The notes beneath the pieces were generated by a model. That model saw nothing but the letters and a program-made list of their open reading frames with translations. It had not been told where the DNA came from and did not search any database. Positions 30,345 through 35,819 of a DNA stretch of 35,819 nt are shown here, in pieces. Position numbers and translations under genes: made by a program. Source of the DNA: Blastocatellia bacterium (GTDB lineage Bacteria > Acidobacteriota > Blastocatellia > UBA7656); the NCBI GenBank assembly GCA_041497455.1, contig JBGQGO010000003.1, forward strand, positions 1 through 35,819, in the 5' to 3' direction. The first letter of the stretch is position 1, and each line of letters opens with the position of its first letter.

Positions 30345-30447
30345 AGCTGCTCCTCCGAACGCTTATTCGAATGATTGGCCTCTTCAGCCATGCCGAACCG
30401 GCGAGAGCTGAAGCCGATTAACCTGCCGTCCGCCTTTGTCTGAAACC

Positions 30448-32355
30448 TTACGTTTGAAGCTGTCCGGCGATCTGCTGGAGCTTGATGACCACAAACTCCG
30501 CGGGCTTGAGCGGCGCGAAGCCCACCAGAATATTCACGATGCCGCGATCGATGTCGTTCTGGGTGGTGGTCTCCTTGTCGCATTTGACGAAGTAAGCCTC
30601 GCGCGGTGTCGAGCCCTGAAACGCGCCCTGGCGGAAGAGCGAGTTCATGAACGCGCCGACGTTGAGCCTGATCTGCGCCCAGAGCGGTTCATCGTTCGGC
30701 TCGAAAACTACCCATTGAAGCGCGCGATATAGGCTTTCTTCGAGGAACAATGCGGTGCGCCGAACCGGAACATATTTCCATTCCGAAGCTAGTCGGTCAT
30801 CACCCACGCGCGTTCGCGCGCCCCAAAGCACGTGACCAGCGGCGGGCATGGTTCTCAGGCAGTTGATGCCCAGCGGATTAAGTTCTCCATTCTCCGCGTT
30901 CGTTAGAGGGACAACCAACCCGGCGATTCCGGCCAGCGTGGTATCCAGGCCTGCGGGCGCTTTCCAGACTCCGCGGGTCGCGTCCGTGCGCGAGAACATG
31001 CCGGCGACGATCCCGCAAGGGACGAATTCCTCGAGCTGATTCCCGTGCAGCGGATTCGCTTGCTTGACCCGCGGGAAGTATATCGCCGCGTTCTTGCTTG
31101 CCTTACCGGCGCCGGTTAGGATCCCGGTCTTAGCGGTCTCCTTTGTCCGCCACCCATCCGGCGGATCGACGATCATCATCGCGCGACGTTGCTCGCAGTA
31201 ATCAATCGCGTCATCAATCAGCCCCGTTTCGATCGAGCTCTCAGGCACGTGCGGTGGGATGCATAGCAGGTTGAACAGGTCGGCGTTATCAAGCGCGAAG
31301 AGCCCTTTCTTTGCGGCAGCCTTTCCTGAACCGGTGAAGGCTGTTCTGTCTAGCGTTTGTCCGTTCGAGGCCAGCTTATCGACCCCGGACGAGTGGGTGT
31401 CATCTCCGTCTTCAAAACCGTCAGTACCGGGAGCCAGGTTCGGGTGCGCGGTCGGGCGGGTAAAGGGAGCGGTTCCGGACGCGCGAATCAACAGAGATTC
31501 GTTCTTCAAGACCTTGTCGACGATGCGCGCGCTGTTCCTTGCCGTGAGATTGCGGAACGTTTCGGTTACACCGGTCTTGGTGTCGCGGACAGTGAGATTG
31601 AAAAGATCGGCCTTGGCGAACCCCGGCCCGAAGACCAGTGCGATGGTGGCGTCGTCCATAACGTCATCGTCAATACGTACGCGAAGGCTATTTCCCCATG
31701 TACCTTCGGCGGCTGCCTCCAGATTCAGCCCGTTTACCGACAGGCCGGCCTTTGTTATCGGAGCCGCGTTGTTGGCGGCTGCGGTTACCGCTCCAGCAAC
31801 CGCGCCCGCCACTGCAGCCTGCACACTCGCTGGAGTTGGCGCCGGAGTTGTCACTGCCGCCGCATCAGTGGCAGCTTTCGCCACGGCCGTCGCGGCTTGC
31901 AACGCTGCTGCGCTCGTGCCCCCTGCCGCCGCCACGGCCGCCGTCGCCGCCAGAGCGACCGTTGCCGCTGTCGCGCCGGCGGCTCCAGCCGCCGTATCAA
32001 CTGCCGACTTCACCGCTGTTGCCGCCGTCTGCGCTTGACCGGTTGCAGTAGTCAATTCCGTTTGGCGCTCCGCTTCGGTGGCGAACGTAGGGGTGAAGAG
32101 CCTCACGATGATCGCCTGGCTCCCGCCATTCCGATAGAAATCGCGCACTGCATAGCTCATAGTGCCCGGCACCCACAGCCCACCGAAGATGCGCTCAAAA
32201 TCACCATAGTTGTTAATCACCACCGGCTCATCGACCGGCCCGCGCAGAGCTCGACCGATGAAGGCCGTAATTGAAGTGGCAACTCCGGTGATGGTCCGCA
32301 CTCCACTGGGTATCTCCTCGATGTACACTCCTGGAAAGGTCAGCGCACTTGGCAT
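30448..32355 (-). CDS. Contractile tail sheath protein (Afp2/3/4-like) with an Ala-rich insertion
   Basis: PGVYIEE, RGVWKAPAG, LNPLGINCLR, WGART, WKYVPVRR, WVVFEPNDEPLW and APLKPAEFVVI motifs. Confidence 0.97.
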   Translation of the reverse strand: MPSALTFPGVYIEEIPSGVRTITGVATSITAFIGRALRGPVDEPVVINNYGDFERIFGGLWVPGTMSYAVRDFYRNGGSQAIIVRLFTPTFATEAERQTELTTATGQAQTAATAVKSAVDTAAGAAGATAATVALAATAAVAAAGGTSAAALQAATAVAKAATDAAAVTTPAPTPASVQAAVAGAVAGAVTAAANNAAPITKAGLSVNGLNLEAAAEGTWGNSLRVRIDDDVMDDATIALVFGPGFAKADLFNLTVRDTKTGVTETFRNLTARNSARIVDKVLKNESLLIRASGTAPFTRPTAHPNLAPGTDGFEDGDDTHSSGVDKLASNGQTLDRTAFTGSGKAAAKKGLFALDNADLFNLLCIPPHVPESSIETGLIDDAIDYCEQRRAMMIVDPPDGWRTKETAKTGILTGAGKASKNAAIYFPRVKQANPLHGNQLEEFVPCGIVAGMFSRTDATRGVWKAPAGLDTTLAGIAGLVVPLTNAENGELNPLGINCLRTMPAAGHVLWGARTRVGDDRLASEWKYVPVRRTALFLEESLYRALQWVVFEPNDEPLWAQIRLNVGAFMNSLFRQGAFQGSTPREAYFVKCDKETTTQNDIDRGIVNILVGFAPLKPAEFVVIKLQQIAGQLQT

Positions 32356-32456
32356 GATTTGTTTGCCTCCTATACGTTTGTCCGATCAGCGCTCAACTTC
32401 ACCGCGATGAGCAAGCGCGATCAACGACGAATGCGAATCGAACGATTTCTGACGAA

Positions 32457-32735
32457 TTACTTAGCGCCCTGCTCGAGCAGCGCGCGGATTTCCTCTTGTC
32501 TTTGACTATTGATCAGGTAGCGGACGCGGGAGTCAGGACCCTTGCGCTCGAGGATCAACCCCCTGGTCGCTAGCTCCGCAAGCGCCTCCCTGACTTTTGA
32601 AGTCCGGCTCTCAATCTTTCTCTCAAGCAGCCACCACTCGACGATCCCTTCCAGTGTGTCTTGCGCTTCGGGGTTGTCGATCAGGTAGCCCAAAACGTCC
32701 CGAGCGATCTCTGACTTTTCCGTTGTGCAAGCCAC
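32457..32735 (-). CDS. Small winged-helix-like hypothetical protein, first gene of the eCIS operon
   Basis: YLIDNPEAQDTLEGIVEWWLL..VREALAEL..RGLI..YLIN; helix-helix-wing pattern is inferred. Confidence 0.75.
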   Translation of the reverse strand: MACTTEKSEIARDVLGYLIDNPEAQDTLEGIVEWWLLERKIESRTSKVREALAELATRGLILERKGPDSRVRYLINSQRQEEIRALLEQGAK

Positions 32736-32768
32736 ACACTCACCCTCTTGTCGTAGCGCGCAATCAGC

Positions 32769-32784
32769 AGCAATCGGTGCGCCG
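32769..32784 (-). promoter_or_regulatory. Putative sigma54 (-24/-12) promoter of the eCIS operon
   Basis: Minus strand reads CGGCGCACCGATTGCT: GG-N10-GC with TTGCT, ~35 bp upstream of the first gene and next to a sigma54 activator gene. Confidence 0.72.
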
Positions 32785-32933
32785 CGGCTTAAGTGTTTTG
32801 TATGTCGTGTTGCGATGATGCGAGGTGGGTTCTTTTTGTCCGGGTAGTTTTGATTTGGAGGAGCGTCGGGGCCGATTGCCGCTCAAAATCTCGGTGGGAC
32901 AAAAATATCCGCGTCCCGCCGACAGTTGTCCGG

Positions 32934-34346
32934 CTACTGGGCCCCGGACCTAAAGCTTCGCCCATCGATACTGTGCTTGCGCATCAGTTGACGAAGAGCG
33001 CGCGGGTCCTTCTGCGCCGCCCGCGCGGCCTTGCTGATGTTTCCATCATGGGCGCGCAACAGGCTGTTGATGTAGGACCGCTCGAACTGCGCGATCATTC
33101 CGGCTTTCATCTCACGAAACGACGACGCCGCCGCGCGCGTTTGCGCTCGCGGCAGATAGATGTCTTTGGTGCCAATCACGCCTTGCTCGCACATCACGAC
33201 AGCTCGTTGGATCACGTGCTCGAGCTCGCGAATGTTTCCAGGCCATTCGTAAACCAGCAGCATCTGCATCACCTCTTCCGACAAGTCGGCAATTTGCTTG
33301 TCGAACTCTTCTGAGTATTTGGCGAGAAAGTGACGGGCGAGAAGCGGGATATCTTCGCGCCTCTCTCGTAGCGGGGGAAGCACCAGAGGAATCACGTTCA
33401 GGCGATAGTAAAGGTCTTGCCGCAGCCTGCCCATTATTACCGCCTCCTCCAGATCGACATTGGTTGCCGCCATGACTCGCACGTCAGCCTGGCGCATCTT
33501 CATTGAGCCCAGCGGCCGGTATTCCTTCTCTTGAAGGAAGCGCAGGAGCTTTACCTGCGCCAGCAGGGGAAGGCAATCAATTTCATCCATGAAAAGCGTG
33601 CCGCCGCCGGCTTCGTGAATCAAACCCAGCCGCGACGTGGCGGCGCCTGTGAACGCTTCGCGCTCGTGGCCGAACAATTCGTTCTCCACGAGGTCAAGGG
33701 GTATTGCCCCGCAGTTGACCGGCACGAATGGTTTGCTCGCGCGCGGACTCAGGTAGTGAATGGCCCTGGCGCAAAGTTCTTTTCCCGTACCAGTCTCGCC
33801 AAGGATCAAGATGCTCGCGTCGCTTCTGGCAACCGCGGGAAACTTGTTGACTTCGTAGAGGAACGCCGGGCTTTCGCCAACCAAACGCCTAAGCCCGAGT
33901 TTCTCCTTCAACGCGCGCACCGGCGAGGCTGCTCGCTGTGATTGCTCTAACAATCTCCACACGCGCGGAACTATATCGATGGCTTTGAATGGGCAAGTGA
34001 TGAAATCAGACGCTCCCTCTCGGAGCAGTTCCAGCATCACATCAGGCTCGCACGCATCGACCACGACGATTACCGGCACGTCTGAGGATTCCGCCCGTAT
34101 CGAGCGGAGCGTGCTGACGGTTTCGCCCAGCCGGCTGGACTGCAGAGTGAGGAATAGAAGTGATGGGTTCAACCGCGAGACGATTTTGAAGCGATCGTCC
34201 AGCTCTGCGCCGGCTTCCGCTGTGGCCACGGATTTGTGTTCAATCTTTACGGTCGAGCGCAATGTTGTCTCGAGGAGCTCGCGCACGGCATCAGACATGC
34301 CGTCTGCGGGGGAAAGGTCGAGCAATAGAATTGTAGCTGGCTTCAT
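32934..34346 (-). CDS. Sigma54-dependent enhancer-binding protein (NtrC/Fis family), ~470 aa, with an atypical receiver domain
   Basis: GETGTGKE, EAFTGA, LFMDEI, RQDLYYRL, WPGNIRELE and a C-terminal HTH. ATG at 34346 has an AGGAG Shine-Dalgarno; the track start at 34481 is probably too long. Confidence 0.93.
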   Translation of the reverse strand: MKPATILLLDLSPADGMSDAVRELLETTLRSTVKIEHKSVATAEAGAELDDRFKIVSRLNPSLLFLTLQSSRLGETVSTLRSIRAESSDVPVIVVVDACEPDVMLELLREGASDFITCPFKAIDIVPRVWRLLEQSQRAASPVRALKEKLGLRRLVGESPAFLYEVNKFPAVARSDASILILGETGTGKELCARAIHYLSPRASKPFVPVNCGAIPLDLVENELFGHEREAFTGAATSRLGLIHEAGGGTLFMDEIDCLPLLAQVKLLRFLQEKEYRPLGSMKMRQADVRVMAATNVDLEEAVIMGRLRQDLYYRLNVIPLVLPPLRERREDIPLLARHFLAKYSEEFDKQIADLSEEVMQMLLVYEWPGNIRELEHVIQRAVVMCEQGVIGTKDIYLPRAQTRAAASSFREMKAGMIAQFERSYINSLLRAHDGNISKAARAAQKDPRALRQLMRKHSIDGRSFRSGAQ

Positions 34347-34509
34347 ATCCTGCTCCTTCTGTAAGGCCGTTATCCAAAGTCGCTGCGGAACCTCATCTGA
34401 GGTCACCTTAGATGATACTTCCCATTCTCTATGACGCGAATTGCGTCCCGGATAATCCAAATAGAGTTGTAAGGAATTCAATTAAAACGACCGAAGAGCC
34501 GGTGAGGCC

Positions 34510-34700
34510 TGCCCTACAAGATGCCAAAGCACTTTGCGGATGCTGCAAGACCTCCGACCCGCCGGGCTCTCGATGAAGGCATCCCGGCTGAGGTCCCGGT
34601 TAGCGCGGTCAAAGAGGTGATCGGTCAAGGTGGACAGACCCACAACCATGCGTTATGTTTATGCGACGGATGAGGGCAAGCCTCGAGTGGAAGCGGCGTG
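34510..34700 (+). pseudogene. Degenerate tyrosine integrase C-terminal remnant
   Basis: Across two frameshifts: QDLRP (34546-34560; cf. HDLRH), RALDEGIP..VSAVKEVIGQ (34563-34628; cf. VKE.LGH), TTMRYVYATDEGKPRVEA (from 34642; cf. TTMRY.H, catalytic Tyr). Confidence 0.75.
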
Positions 34701-34717
34701 GCGTGGCAAAGAAAAAA

Positions 34718-34787
34718 CCTGCCACAAATCTGCCACAAACGCTCGAAAAGACAGCGTGAGGCGAGCCCACAAGTAGCACCACAAGTA
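34718..34787 (+). repeat. Putative integrase arm-type and accessory-factor sites, right inner end
   Basis: TGCCACAAA twice (34720, 34731) and CCACAAGTA twice (34767, 34779), just inside attR. Confidence 0.7.
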
Positions 34788-34801
34788 ACAGATGATAAAG
34801 G

Positions 34802-34845
34802 ATGGCGGCGTAGCTCAGGTGGTTAGAGCGTGGGATTCATAACCC
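34802..34845 (+). repeat. attR: 44-bp direct repeat overlapping the 5' half of the intact tRNA
   Basis: Identical to 870-913. Confidence 0.93.
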
Positions 34846-34880
34846 CAAGGTCAGTGGTTCAAGTCCACTCGCCGCTACCA
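34804..34880 (+). tRNA. tRNA-Met (CAT), probably elongator
   Basis: 77 nt; acceptor stem GGCGGCG/CGCCGCT, D-arm, anticodon CAT at 34838-34840, GTTCAAGTC T-loop, encoded CCA. G1:U72 rather than the initiator C1:A72 mismatch. Confidence 0.95.
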
Positions 34881-35393
34881 TCTTTCCCCTTACTTGACTA
34901 GAATCGCGGCAATCGTGAAATGGGAATCTTCTTGGCGGAGGCCGCTCCTCGAGCACCGCTCGCGCCTGGTGGTGACGGCCGACACGTCCAGACGTGCGCG
35001 CCATCACGGACATTGCCCCGGCAAAGCCTTATCCTTCCGCGCAGAGGCTGAAAGAGGCCTTGTTCGCCATTAGCGCTTTGATCCAGTGAACGAATCACTG
35101 TGGAACAGCAAGGGCAACCGATCCTCGAGGGCGTCGGCCGCTGCCGGCGGTTCCCAGTGAGTATCTAGCCAAGAAGTGAAGGGATACCGAGGCGGGGAGC
35201 GACGTCAAAATAGCCGCAGTCTAAAATCTGGTTCGCGGAATCCGACTTGTCTCCGTTTCAGTCTTGGAGACATTGAACCCTAACCGGCGCTCACTCAACA
35301 GCCGCCGTGTGGGCCAGTTACCGCTTCGCTTCTGGGTTCATCCATCTCTGCTCACAACCCCGCTCGTTCTGTGACAACAGAAAAGGAGGCTTT

Positions 35394-35819
35394 ATGGGCC
35401 ATTCGGCTTCTCCCATCTGGCAAGTAATGCAGTCGAAGGGTTACTCCCGCCGAGACTTCATCCGTTTCTGCAGCTTCGCCGCCGCGGTCGCCGGTATTCA
35501 CGCATCTGGTTTGACCTCGGTCGTTCGAGCCTTTGAGAAGAAAGGGCGCCCGCCTGTGGTTTGGCTTCATTTTCAGGAATGCACCTGTTGCAGTGAATCA
35601 TTCATCCGCTCTTCTCATCCGATCGTGGCGGACGTGCTACTCGACACTCTCTCGCTCGACTACACCGAAACACTGCAGGCGGCCGCCGGGTTTCAGGCGG
35701 AGAAATGCTTGCAAGACACAATCAAGAATTACCCCGGGGAGTACATTCTGCTGGTAGAAGGCTCGGTGCCTATGAAAGACGGCGGCGTGTATTGCATGAT
35801 CGCCGGGCGCTCAGCGGAA
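35394..35819 (+). CDS. hyaA: [NiFe]-hydrogenase small subunit, Tat-exported (partial; runs off the window)
   Basis: Absent from the ORF track because it has no stop. AGGAGG then ATG at 35394; translates MGHS..SRRDFIRFC..VVWLHFQECTCCSESFIRSSHP..SLDYTETLQAAAG..LLVEGSVP..GVYC. Confidence 0.93.
   Translation, partial: MGHSASPIWQVMQSKGYSRRDFIRFCSFAAAVAGIHASGLTSVVRAFEKKGRPPVVWLHFQECTCCSESFIRSSHPIVADVLLDTLSLDYTETLQAAAGFQAEKCLQDTIKNYPGEYILLVEGSVPMKDGGVYCMIAGRSAE

Noticed and set aside
34718-34787. CRISPR-like array
   Set aside because: Repeats are 9 bp with 2-3 nt gaps; no spacers or cas genes.
34804-34880. Initiator tRNA-fMet or tRNA-Ile2 assignment
   Set aside because: No C1:A72 mismatch and overall resemblance to elongator tRNA-Met. 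Ile2 is not formally excluded without isotype-specific models.
34898-35390. Short ORFs or a regulatory RNA between the tRNA and the hydrogenase
   Set aside because: No recognisable protein motif, riboswitch or convincing promoter found by eye.

Overview
GC-rich bacterial DNA dominated by one ~33.9 kb genomic island (870-34845) inserted into a tRNA-Met(CAT) gene. A 44-bp direct repeat covers the 5' half of the tRNA rather than the usual 3' end. A truncated copy sits at 870-913 behind a good sigma70 promoter and the intact tRNA is at 34804-34880. Both inner ends carry matching TGCCACAAA tandem repeats (likely integrase arm sites), and a frameshifted tyrosine-integrase C-terminal relic lies at ~34510-34700, so the island looks immobilised. 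It carries an essentially complete minus-strand extracellular contractile injection system (eCIS, Afp/PVC-like): sigma54 activator, small wHTH-like protein, sheath, tube, cap, AAA ATPase, tube initiator, LysM, hub, spike, PAAR-like tip, gp25, baseplate proteins and a DUF6519 protein. Between the ATPase and the spike module is a tandem array of five DUF4157 cargo genes sharing a Cys4 leader. Three of them appear, by manual motif alignment, to end in a related FAM78-like beta-domain preceded by different envelope-binding modules (peptidoglycan-binding, two annexin repeats, OmpA-like). Outside the island are a hypothetical gene preceded by a ~120-bp hairpin on the left and the start of a Tat-exported [NiFe]-hydrogenase small subunit on the right. 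All family calls are from motif recognition by eye; no searches were run.
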